Assembly: GCA_964347205.1 (NCBI GenBank)
Contig: CAYFXY010000005.1
Coordinates: 5,109-37,263 of the forward strand
From: an uncultured archaeon
GTDB lineage: Archaea > Asgardarchaeota > Hermodarchaeia > Hermodarchaeales > Hermodarchaeaceae
DNA: 32,155 bases
Reading direction: 5' to 3'
Part shown: positions 16,682-25,400 of the stretch, in pieces
Position numbering within the stretch: position 1 is the stretch's first letter
How the letters are laid out: each line of letters begins with the position of its first letter
Program-made: the position numbers and the translations under genes
The notes under the pieces: model-generated
The model's database searches: none
What the model was told of the DNA's origin: nothing
Seen by the model: the letters and a program-made list of their open reading frames with translations, nothing else

Positions 16682-17040
16682 CGGTCTCAATCTTTCTTGT
16701 TGACGATGATGAAACCCTTCATCGGGATTCTATATCATTTTTCCAGATGCAGGGCTATTCAGCCCTTGCAAGTGCATACAATGGTATTGAAGCAGTCCAC
16801 GTCTATTCCAAAATTGATCCCTGACCGGATATTCTATTAATGGATTATCGAATGCCTGTGAAAGATGGAGTCGCAGCAACCAGTGAGATTTAAGAGCTTG
16901 ATCCTTTGTGTAAAATCATTTTTCTGAGCGTCGATGAGTCCGCCTAGGAGGCAGCAATAAAAGCTGGAGCTGTTTCATTTTTAATAAAACCTGTTCGATT
17001 CACAATGCTGTTACAAACAATTATTTCTGTCCTTGAATAA
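16678..17040 (+). pseudogene. CheY-like receiver (response regulator) with three in-frame stops and no start codon
   Basis: The hand translation from 16681 is TVSIFLVDDDE...IDP*PDILLMDYRMPVKDG...SEI*ELDPLCKIIFLSVDESA*EAAIKAGAVSFLIKP...VLE*. All receiver landmarks are present: the DD pair, phospho-Asp in LLMD, Ser in FLS and Lys in IKP. The stops are TGA at 16822, TAA at 16891 and TAG at 16945. No ATG, GTG or TTG lies in frame upstream. Confidence 0.8.
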
Positions 17041-17114
17041 GCCATGGCTGTTGAATTGGGAGAGTTAATTCCACTAATTATTCACAAGTCAGAAATTAAT
17101 AGAAATTTATTGCT

Positions 17115-18272
17115 CTAGCGAATTAAGGTGTTAACTTCGTTGATTACATCTTTTAGCCTTTCAAGACTAGCAAGCACCATGGCTTCGCCGTATTTCCAAT
17201 CCCAAGAACCAAGTCCACATTCGGGTCCTGCAAAGGGAATTCGTTCAAAACCATAGCGATTAATTGCTTTCATTAAGTACTGCTTCATTTCAGCACGAGA
17301 TTGTAGATAGGGATGAAAGTTACCAGATTGAATTTCAGACCAAGCAGCTTTAAGATCAGTGTTGTTAGGGATGGTGGGTCCATCAGTTCGCATGATGGCG
17401 GAACGGATATACTTGTCATTTTCAACCAGCCATTCTGGGGATAAAATGGCTCCAATATGGGCTTCAAGCAGATTCCACTGCGCAAACACTAACTGGTGAA
17501 AAGGTGATGCATGTAAGTGTAACCCTTTGTAGCACCCCCGAGGGATTATCGAGAAAATAGTATTCCACTGAGAAATGAGATGAGAAAGGCGATGATCAGA
17601 TTCAGAATCAACGAAGAAGTCGCCGACACCCTTAACGCCAATCGAAGGTTCATCAAGGGTCAGAACCAAAGGTTTGAAGTATTTTGTTTCGAGGTTAGCA
17701 TTTTTCATATATCCCTGCACAATCCTAGAAAAGGTTTCAATAAGAGATTCTTCGTAATGCGCACTTACCCCCATTCCTCTCCAGAGTCGAATTGCCATTT
17801 CAAATGGGCCAGTGATACATGCCCGATATCTAATTTGCTCGATTGATAACTCGTCGCAAATTGCTTTAGCTTCATTTTTAAGCGCGAGCAATTCCCCAAT
17901 TTGAGCGTTTTCAGGAGGTAAATGAATCGGTGTCCCATCCCAAAGGTACAAGTCGTTGTTTTTTTCAAGACCACTACCATGCCTGATAATCTGATCCAAA
18001 AACTGTGAAAGCATGTCGCGCGAATAGCTACTCTGAACATAGCAGGGAACACTCTGATCGGATCCTAATGCCACTAATTTTCGTTTGAAGGCTTCGTTGT
18101 GCTTCCGAATGAAGTAGAGAGCAGCTTCCGAATGCGTCCCATCTTCAACATCCGCAGCCCCCTGACCATAAAGTTTAGAATCGATATCTCTGAGCGGAAA
18201 GCTACCAACGTCTGTTGTCCGGATAATTTGGTTGTCCAGATTCACTGCATTTAACACCACAGATTGAACCAA
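17115..18272 (-). CDS. MetE C-terminal-domain-like (cobalamin-independent methionine synthase family) methyltransferase
   Basis: TTDVGSFPL lies near the N-terminus, with LHLH in the middle and FAGPECGLGSW near the C-terminus. These correspond to MetE/URO-D-type zinc methyltransferase landmarks. At 385 aa it is a single-domain protein. The TTG start is uncertain. Confidence 0.55.
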   Translation of the reverse strand: MVQSVVLNAVNLDNQIIRTTDVGSFPLRDIDSKLYGQGAADVEDGTHSEAALYFIRKHNEAFKRKLVALGSDQSVPCYVQSSYSRDMLSQFLDQIIRHGSGLEKNNDLYLWDGTPIHLPPENAQIGELLALKNEAKAICDELSIEQIRYRACITGPFEMAIRLWRGMGVSAHYEESLIETFSRIVQGYMKNANLETKYFKPLVLTLDEPSIGVKGVGDFFVDSESDHRLSHLISQWNTIFSIIPRGCYKGLHLHASPFHQLVFAQWNLLEAHIGAILSPEWLVENDKYIRSAIMRTDGPTIPNNTDLKAAWSEIQSGNFHPYLQSRAEMKQYLMKAINRYGFERIPFAGPECGLGSWDWKYGEAMVLASLERLKDVINEVNTLIR

Positions 18273-18347
18273 GTTCAGAGTCTATGGTAGTAAAAGCGAT
18301 TAACGCATTTTAGTCTTAAGCATTAATTGATAGACTTCGTAAGAATG

Positions 18348-19484
18348 CTATTTAGCAGGTTTCTTTTTAGCTTTCTTCTCTGGTTTTTTTGATACATCTT
18401 TCGCTGGCCATCGACTTCCATGCTCTAATGCACGATCAATAGCAATTTCAGCAATCGCACTGGAGTGTTCCAGAATTTTTCCAAATGATTCGAAAATGTT
18501 CTCTAGACAGAACATAGATTTTTGGTGAGGACCGAAAAGCGCACAGCTCTCAGGAGTAAGTTTAGGAAGCAGTTGTTCGCAAAGTTTGACAAGATGTTGT
18601 TCCATGAGTTCTTCGGCTTGTTGCCTCATAGGAACAAAGTGATCGATTTCATTGATAACATGATTCGCTGCTCTATCATCTCCAATGAGCATGGCTTCAG
18701 CAGCTGTTGAATAGATCCGATGTACGTGATTTCCGGTCTTTAAGGTTAAGTTTAGAAGGTCTTTGGGGCACTCCTCATTGCCGAGGGCAATGACGGCCTC
18801 ACCAATATTCTTTGCATGATCAGCAACATTTTCGATACGTTGGATAAACATCAAATAAGTGAGACAGTCCATCGAATCAATACTTAGTTCATTCATAAAT
18901 CGTGGATCTAGTAGAGCAGCGCGAAGTTGTTTAAAGACAAGAAAATAGAATTGATTGACATCTTCATCTAGTCCAATGACAGTCTTTGCGAGTTCAGTAT
19001 CACGAAATTGAAGTGCTGAAAGAGCATCCACAAGCATCGTTGTAGTAATTCGATGGGCAAGGCGCATACTCTTCGGTAAATCCAATTGATTCAGCTTCAT
19101 GAGAGATTGAATGACAATCTCATTGGTGCTAGCATCAATTATTTGTAGCCCAGTTAACATCCGAACACGTTTTCGAACAAGTGTTTGTTGTTCAGGTGTG
19201 AAAACTCCGGTTGAACGAACCCGAATGATTCCAAAATTATTTAGATAGGCAGCGATAAGGCGGCGCTCTAAAATTCCGGGTTCATCCTCTGGATCTGTTA
19301 TAATTTCCTGTTTGGAAGGCTCATCAGTAAATTCTTTAATAGGGTAGACTGCAAGAGAGCCGTCCCGTTGAGGTAAGAGGATTACATGATCAGAGGAATC
19401 AAGTCGGTATTTACTAGCCCAACTTTTGGGTATCGACACGACAAGAGAGGACTTGCCTAAACGCATAATTTTCCGTTTTTCCAT
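18348..19484 (-). CDS. AbrB/SpoVT-domain plus PhoU-domain phosphate uptake regulator homologue
   Basis: The N-terminal MRLGKSSLVVSIPKSWA is an AbrB/SpoVT swapped-hairpin motif. It is followed by two helical PhoU-like repeats and a Lys-rich tail, KKPEKKAKKKPAK. I prefer the ATG at 19484 to the TTG at 19499. Confidence 0.7.
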   Translation of the reverse strand: MEKRKIMRLGKSSLVVSIPKSWASKYRLDSSDHVILLPQRDGSLAVYPIKEFTDEPSKQEIITDPEDEPGILERRLIAAYLNNFGIIRVRSTGVFTPEQQTLVRKRVRMLTGLQIIDASTNEIVIQSLMKLNQLDLPKSMRLAHRITTTMLVDALSALQFRDTELAKTVIGLDEDVNQFYFLVFKQLRAALLDPRFMNELSIDSMDCLTYLMFIQRIENVADHAKNIGEAVIALGNEECPKDLLNLTLKTGNHVHRIYSTAAEAMLIGDDRAANHVINEIDHFVPMRQQAEELMEQHLVKLCEQLLPKLTPESCALFGPHQKSMFCLENIFESFGKILEHSSAIAEIAIDRALEHGSRWPAKDVSKKPEKKAKKKPAK

Positions 19485-19682
19485 GGCTCTACCCTTCAAA
19501 AACTAATTTCAAATGCCGTAGATAGCTACGCTTGGATGCGGTCTATATATCTTACCCACCGTCAATATTTTTGAAAAAAAATCTATGCTGACAATACTTT
19601 CAAGGCTCGCGAGAATAAAGCAATCCTTTTAGGTTTGAAATGGCTGCCAGCTACCAATTAATAGCGTATTTCACATGACCCT

Positions 19683-19695
19683 TTAATTATATAAT
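19683..19695 (+). promoter_or_regulatory. candidate archaeal TATA box for the nucleoside phosphorylase gene
   Basis: TTTAATTATATAA is centred about 30 nt upstream of the ATG at 19720. This is consistent with a leaderless or short-leader transcript. Confidence 0.35.
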
Positions 19696-19719
19696 CTAAT
19701 GTCAAGGAAGCGATAAGCC

Positions 19720-20493
19720 ATGTATGCATCCTTTGAGCCAAAACGGATAATCAAACGCGTTTTCGGTGTTCATCCAGATCAAATAGCCGCAACCGTGCTA
19801 CTTTCCCCATCAAAAAGCATTGTTGCGGATTTAGAAAATCGTCTCAAGGAACCGAAAGTCTTTGGAAATTGGTTTACAGGCGTCTCCGGATTCTTAGATG
19901 ACAATAAATTCTTCACGATACTTAACAATGTACGATATGCTCCAGGTATGGCGGATTGCGTATATTTTCTCCAATTCGCTGAGGTAAAGAATCTCATTTA
20001 CACAGGAACCATCGGTGGTCTGGCACCGGGTATGGAGATTGGAGACTTTGTCCTCGTCACGAATGTTGAACGCGGAGATGGAGCCTCTGGCTATTTTTCA
20101 TCAATCTTCGAACCTGCTGAAGCTTCACTCATGTTAATTGAAATCATCCAACCATTTTTACAATCTGTCGCTGAAGAAGAAGGTTATCAGCTTTATAAGG
20201 GGCGAGTTTTTACTACAGATTCGCTGGCGGCCGAAACAGTCGAGTTCCTCACAGCCTTACAATCCCGGGCGTTTCAGGGCATCGAGATGGAGACTAGTGC
20301 ATTATATGTTGTAGCCAAATATTCAGGTATGCATGCCATAGCAGCTCACGTGGTTTCTGACCTACCCTTAGCTGGAAAGACACTTTTTGATAAGTTGACG
20401 AATAAAGAAAAAGAAAGAAGGGCAAGCGCCCATTCAGCAATGCTAAATGCGCTTTCTCAAGCCATCAAGGCACTGGCCCCGGACGGCGACTAA
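19720..20493 (+). CDS. nucleoside phosphorylase family 1 (PNP/UDP/MTAP-like) protein
   Basis: The GIEMETSAL motif, together with GTIGGL and VVSD blocks, is typical of the PNP_UDP_1 fold. Confidence 0.65.
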   Translation: MYASFEPKRIIKRVFGVHPDQIAATVLLSPSKSIVADLENRLKEPKVFGNWFTGVSGFLDDNKFFTILNNVRYAPGMADCVYFLQFAEVKNLIYTGTIGGLAPGMEIGDFVLVTNVERGDGASGYFSSIFEPAEASLMLIEIIQPFLQSVAEEEGYQLYKGRVFTTDSLAAETVEFLTALQSRAFQGIEMETSALYVVAKYSGMHAIAAHVVSDLPLAGKTLFDKLTNKEKERRASAHSAMLNALSQAIKALAPDGD

Positions 20494-20504
20494 GCGACTC
20501 TGAT

Positions 20505-20936
20505 TTAAGCCTTAGCAACAAAGATGAGAATGACGCCAATAAGCATGAGTAATCCTACGATTGCCGCGTACATTCCGAACATTGTGTAGAGGACAATGAA
20601 GATGAGTGAGAAGACTAGTAATAGTATGGCATAAGTCATATTGTATCGGCGATGAATTCGGAGGCTAAAGATTAGTGTAAGAATTCCAAGAGCTAGATAG
20701 ATCACAGCCTCAATGAGGGCGCTCGGGTTCGGAAAGCCCATTATAGCTAAAACTCCAAGGAGGATAGCTACAAGGGATGCGACAAGACATAGAACAACAC
20801 CAGCAAGTTTCAATCCAGAATTTTTGGCCAAAGTTGTCACCAATCCATCATGCCTGAGAGCTTCCCTTAAAGCCTTATGCTCAGAAAAAGAAACGCCAAT
20901 TAGCATAACTATGAGAATGATAAGGCTAAGTGCCAT
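20505..20936 (-). CDS. polytopic membrane protein (about 5 TM), unknown function
   Basis: Strongly hydrophobic ORF. The ATG at 20936 overlaps the ApgM stop by 11 nt, so the two are probably co-transcribed. The TTG at 20954 and the ATG at 20906 are alternative starts. Confidence 0.5.
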   Translation of the reverse strand: MALSLIILIVMLIGVSFSEHKALREALRHDGLVTTLAKNSGLKLAGVVLCLVASLVAILLGVLAIMGFPNPSALIEAVIYLALGILTLIFSLRIHRRYNMTYAILLLVFSLIFIVLYTMFGMYAAIVGLLMLIGVILIFVAKA

Positions 20937-22194
20937 ACATTGGAGTAAGGTCAAGGAAACTCATTAGAAGTGGCATCATGCCCATACCGAGAATGTGGCC
21001 CAATCCACCTTGAGCACAGGCGCGTTCATTAAATTCGGTTACAGCATCATTTCGTACGGCAGGCCCTGCGAGAAGGAGGGGAACAGGATCGCCAGTATGT
21101 TTGCCATGAGTACTGGCAGTGGTATGATCTCCTGTAATAGCTAGGTGTGTACGATCCTTATCAATACCTTTGAGAAGTGTAGCAACCATATGGTCAAATT
21201 TTTCAATCATAGCGATTTTCTTGTGAGGATCCTTGTCATGAGCTGCACTATCAGTAGGTTTGAAATGCAGAAACACGAAATCATGGGTTTTAAGAGCTCC
21301 AATTGTAGCTGCGGCTTTAGCTTCAACATTTGTATCATAACTTGCTGTGGCTTCCGGAACAGTGAGAATATCCATGCCAACACTTCGTGCCACGCCTTTG
21401 TATAACGCACCTCCTGCAACACATGCAGATGTGATGTCATAGATCTCATTGAGTTGAGGGATTTTGGGAAGGATTCCGGGACCGCGTAACAGAACAATGT
21501 TGGCTTCGGGAAGTCCTGCTTTCTTTCTTTTGGCATTGATTGGAGCTTTTGATAGAACTTTATAGAATTCACGTGTAACATCATTTACGATTTGAGCTGT
21601 TTTTTCAGCTTTAGAAGAACCATCTAGAGAAGCAGCAGTTAATACGGAGTCACTTGCACCATGGGGATCGGTATCAGAAACCGCAGAGGACAAACCTGCG
21701 CCTCGGAGCACCATCACACAGCGATGTTCAACGGTATGCCTAACAATAACTTTGATGTGGGAATGATTTTGCACTTTTATGCCATTGATAAGCTTCGCAA
21801 GTTCAACCCCCTCAGGAAGGTTTCGACCAGCTCTCCGATCGAGGATCTGATATGTCTTGTCTTTTGCTAGTTTCACTGTTGCAAAATTCCCTCGAAAAGC
21901 TATATCAGTTGGTTTGAGATCAAGTCCTGCACCCAATGCTTCGTACGGACCACGGCCAGTATAATAATCAGGTGCATCATAACCAAACAAAGCAAGGTGA
22001 CCTGTGTCACTACCAGGAGGGATCCCGGGAGAAAGCACATGCAATAATCCAGTGGCACCATTCGTTGCAAGTTGATTCAGAGCCGGTTTAGTCGCAGCTT
22101 CTAAAGGTGTTTTTCCTTTAAGCGCTGTAATTGGTCGATCACCGATTCCGTCACTAACGATAAGTACTGCTTTTTGAGAGAACTCCGTTGACAT
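20926..22194 (-). CDS. apgM: archaeal cofactor-independent 2,3-bisphosphoglycerate-independent phosphoglycerate mutase
   Basis: The blocks VLIVSDGIGDRP, KGKTPLEAA.KP.LN.LA and PGSDTGHLALFGYD are characteristic of ApgM. The ATG at 22194 (MSTEF) is preferred. An upstream ATG at 22236 is possible. Confidence 0.85.
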   Translation of the reverse strand: MSTEFSQKAVLIVSDGIGDRPITALKGKTPLEAATKPALNQLATNGATGLLHVLSPGIPPGSDTGHLALFGYDAPDYYTGRGPYEALGAGLDLKPTDIAFRGNFATVKLAKDKTYQILDRRAGRNLPEGVELAKLINGIKVQNHSHIKVIVRHTVEHRCVMVLRGAGLSSAVSDTDPHGASDSVLTAASLDGSSKAEKTAQIVNDVTREFYKVLSKAPINAKRKKAGLPEANIVLLRGPGILPKIPQLNEIYDITSACVAGGALYKGVARSVGMDILTVPEATASYDTNVEAKAAATIGALKTHDFVFLHFKPTDSAAHDKDPHKKIAMIEKFDHMVATLLKGIDKDRTHLAITGDHTTASTHGKHTGDPVPLLLAGPAVRNDAVTEFNERACAQGGLGHILGMGMMPLLMSFLDLTPMYGT

Positions 22195-22294
22195 CGTGAA
22201 GTCTAGCCCCTGTGTTCTGGTCTCTCTCGTAGGCATAAAAAGCTAATCCAAATACCGAAACAGCAAAAAAGCGGGACGTTATCAATGAGTTGAT

Positions 22295-22369
22295 AGTCTT
22301 TTGTGCCGAGGTGGCGGAGTGGCCACGCGACAGCCTGCAGAGCTGTTCTATGTGGGTTCAAATCCCACC
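22295..22369 (+). tRNA. tRNA-Cys (anticodon GCA), CCA encoded
   Basis: The cloverleaf was folded by hand. The acceptor stem is GCCGAGG/CCTCGGC. The D arm is GCG(G)-AGTGGCC-(A)CGC. The anticodon stem is ACAGC/GCTGT with loop CTGCAGA. The variable loop is 5 nt. The T arm is GTGGG-TTCAAAT-CCCAC. The discriminator is T, followed by CCA. Confidence 0.85.
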
Positions 22370-22455
22370 CTCGGCTCCACTTTCTCCTCGTTATTAGATT
22401 TAGTAACCAGTCTTCAAAGAACACAAGGATCTGAAATATGAGTCACGATTAAGGT

Positions 22456-25400
22456 TTATGCCGCGGAGGGCTCTGGAAGTCCCATGGGCGCTAGTTGTAT
22501 CGGGATGAATGCTTTCTTCATTCGTAATTGGTAAATTGCCATAAGTGCTTCTAACTTATCGGTCTTGGCTGCAGCTAGATAGGTACTCAAGATTTGACCT
22601 AAAAAGATGTATTCGCGATCCTTGGTTAATTCCTTTGAGAGTTTGAAGATATCCGATTCAAGAGAGGAGAGGTGAGCGCCGCGTGGTTTGCGAGCGGCTA
22701 CACGATGTGGATGTCGGAGTGAGATAAGAAAGACTTCTTCAACAAGGTCGGAGGCACCATTGAATTGATCAACACGACCTTCCCAGTTTTCGAAATCAGA
22801 TTTGTACCGGCGTTCAAATGCTTGTGTAAACGCTTCGAGCCGTTCACGAAGCTGTTCACTAGGGGTTCCACTAAGCACTAATGCATTTCGAACAAATTTC
22901 CCATCATGAATGAGAATTCGAAATCCCTCATATTGGAGTTCCCTAAGCGTTGTTACTTCGGCTTTGTTGCCATTAGCAAGACCAGGGCTGTCAGCTAAGT
23001 CGTGACCAAAAGTTGAAATGGCTTGCAGGAATCCAGCCACAAGTGTTGCATCTTGACTTTCTTCAGCAAATGGATCAAAGACGCAAATTCCACTTTCTTT
23101 ATGGAGCACTAAAAGCCGGTTGAGATTCGCGACGTCACTGAAGGTATCAGCAATAGCCTGATACTTCGCTAATCTTTTTTGGCGTTTCGGAATGAGAACA
23201 TAGCGACGATATGTTAGCACCGAGCCCAATGGAACTATTACGATAATTGCTGCTATAAGGGCGATGATTGGTAAGTTAGCCATGAGAAGAGACCCGAAGG
23301 ACATGACATTCACGCTAAGAGGACCACCATTGTATTCAAGTGGCATATTCAGCATTGCTGCATAATTTTCTGCGCCTTCGATGGTGAGATAGAAATTGTA
23401 CTCTCCTTCAAGATCTAATAAGCCTTCGAAAGAAATCCAGCCATCATCGCCAACATATCCGACGAGGGGAGGAGGATTGCCACTAGTAGTAGTAATAGAA
23501 AGTGTGACTTTCGTACCGACGGGAAGGAAAGTCATCCCAGGTTGATGACTACTTAGACTCTTTAACGTAGTCGAAATTTGTTGAGAACTTGCGTTTTCAA
23601 GATAGAATTGGATATTCATCCACCATTCTAATCCCTGGTTCGGGACCGCATCAGGAAGAGATAATTCGAGATTATAGCCGATGGAATTCTTGGACCGAAT
23701 CACCAATGTTATTGTTGCTATCGAATCTACAAAATCCCGAGCTTCAGCGTATAAGGTTACGTTATAGGTTCCTGCAGGCAGGTTTGACGTATCCAAGGCT
23801 GGAATCTCGTATAAGCCTAACCCGGGAGTGGCTAAGATTAAGGTCGTATTTCCTAAACCAGGGACCTCTGCGGTAATTGTTCCGTGACTAAGATCTTCAC
23901 CGTTGAGTGCATCGCGAAGAATGACGCGTAAAATCACTGGGTGTTCGCTCGTAGGATATGTCCAGTCTTCATAGAGGACAAGTTGCTGATATTCAGCAGG
24001 GATACTGATATACGAGGGACGCGGTCGGGGTGAAACATTGATAGTATCAGACCAAGTTGATTCATATCCAAATTTTGCAGCATAAATTATTATGTACGCT
24101 GGATCTCCTTCATGGAAAACAAAGGCTCCAATAGGATTCGTGTCAATCGTTATATTGTATAAGCCGGGTTTGGTGGGATCAATGATAGAAAGGTCAACCC
24201 AATCCAATCGTTTGGCGACTCCACGGTTTTCGTGGATAATGTATGGAGCAAGCTGCGCGCCAGTTATCGGCAGACCAAAATCATCTGTGTACCTGATAGT
24301 GAATTGGAGCGTAGTATCGTTGATGAACGGATCTGGATCTGTGAACCAAACATCGGTAATATTGTTGAGACCCGGAAGAGGTTGTCCTTCATAGAAAAAG
24401 ACAATATGTGTACTTCGCGTAAATACTAGAAACTGTTTGGTGACGTTCTGTCCCTCATTAAAGGGTGATGTGACCGTTAGCGTGATGTTGTGTAAGATGT
24501 TAATGGACGCATTCACAGTGAAAAGAAACGCAGTGTAGTATCCCGGGAAGCCTTCGCTCGCCCAGTTATACCATTCGTAGTCCACATTTAGATCGGTTAG
24601 AGAAAGTCCCCATTCAAGGCCACTGGTATCATTATATACTGTCAAAACTGCATCATTGATGGGAAATCCAAATTGATTGTGATAATACACTTCGATTTGG
24701 ACCCAATCACCACGAATCACTGGTTCACCGGGTGGTGGAAACTCATAGGTTACGATCAGGATAGTTTGCATGTAAACCTCGAGCGTTTGAGCATTTAGTC
24801 CTGCCTCCGTTCCATTTGCCCAAAGTATATGGAGCGTATACACACCAGCGTAAGTCGATGTAGCCCAGATTGACCAATTAATTTCAACCATCCCCCCAGG
24901 AGGCACGGGGAGCACAGAATAGTTCAGTGCGTTATATTCATCATTTGAGTCGTAAACAATAAGATAACCAAACCCCGTGGTTGCATTTTCCCCAGAGTCG
25001 TCTTCAACATATCCGCGGGTACGGATTAGATCACTGGCGTTAGCCATTGTGATCACTTGACCCGCCTGATTTAGAACCTCAGAGTATTGCATATAATCCG
25101 GTGATTCACATAATAGAGTCCATTGTCCATCGCCTGCACCATAGATTTCGACCCACCACCCACTGGTGGGAGAATACCTATAGCCCCAAGAGAGATGTAT
25201 GAGCCCGTCATGTAACACTTGATGGACAGTCCAGTCATCTTCTATAGATATGGAGATCACCATGTCAATTGCATTGGTTGGAAAATCAATAACAGTGGTC
25301 ACATTCCAATCAACCCAATCATCATAAGCCCACGCTGTAAACCGTGAAGTAGCAAAGAGTGTTTCATAGAACCAGCCCATCCACGTTACATCATAAGTTA

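Noticed and set aside
16822-16947. Stop-codon reassignment, or selenocysteine or pyrrolysine, as an explanation for the in-frame TGA, TAA and TAG in the receiver domain
   Set aside because: All three codons terminate well-supported genes in this same window: TGA for UbiA and cysS, TAA for the kinase and cofD, and TAG for Nre and antiporter 2. All three cannot be sense codons. The gene also lacks a start codon.
22203-22424. 73-aa minus-strand ORF from the ORF track
   Set aside because: It lies antisense across the whole tRNA-Cys gene. It has no motif support. The tRNA cloverleaf explains the conservation-like structure of this stretch.
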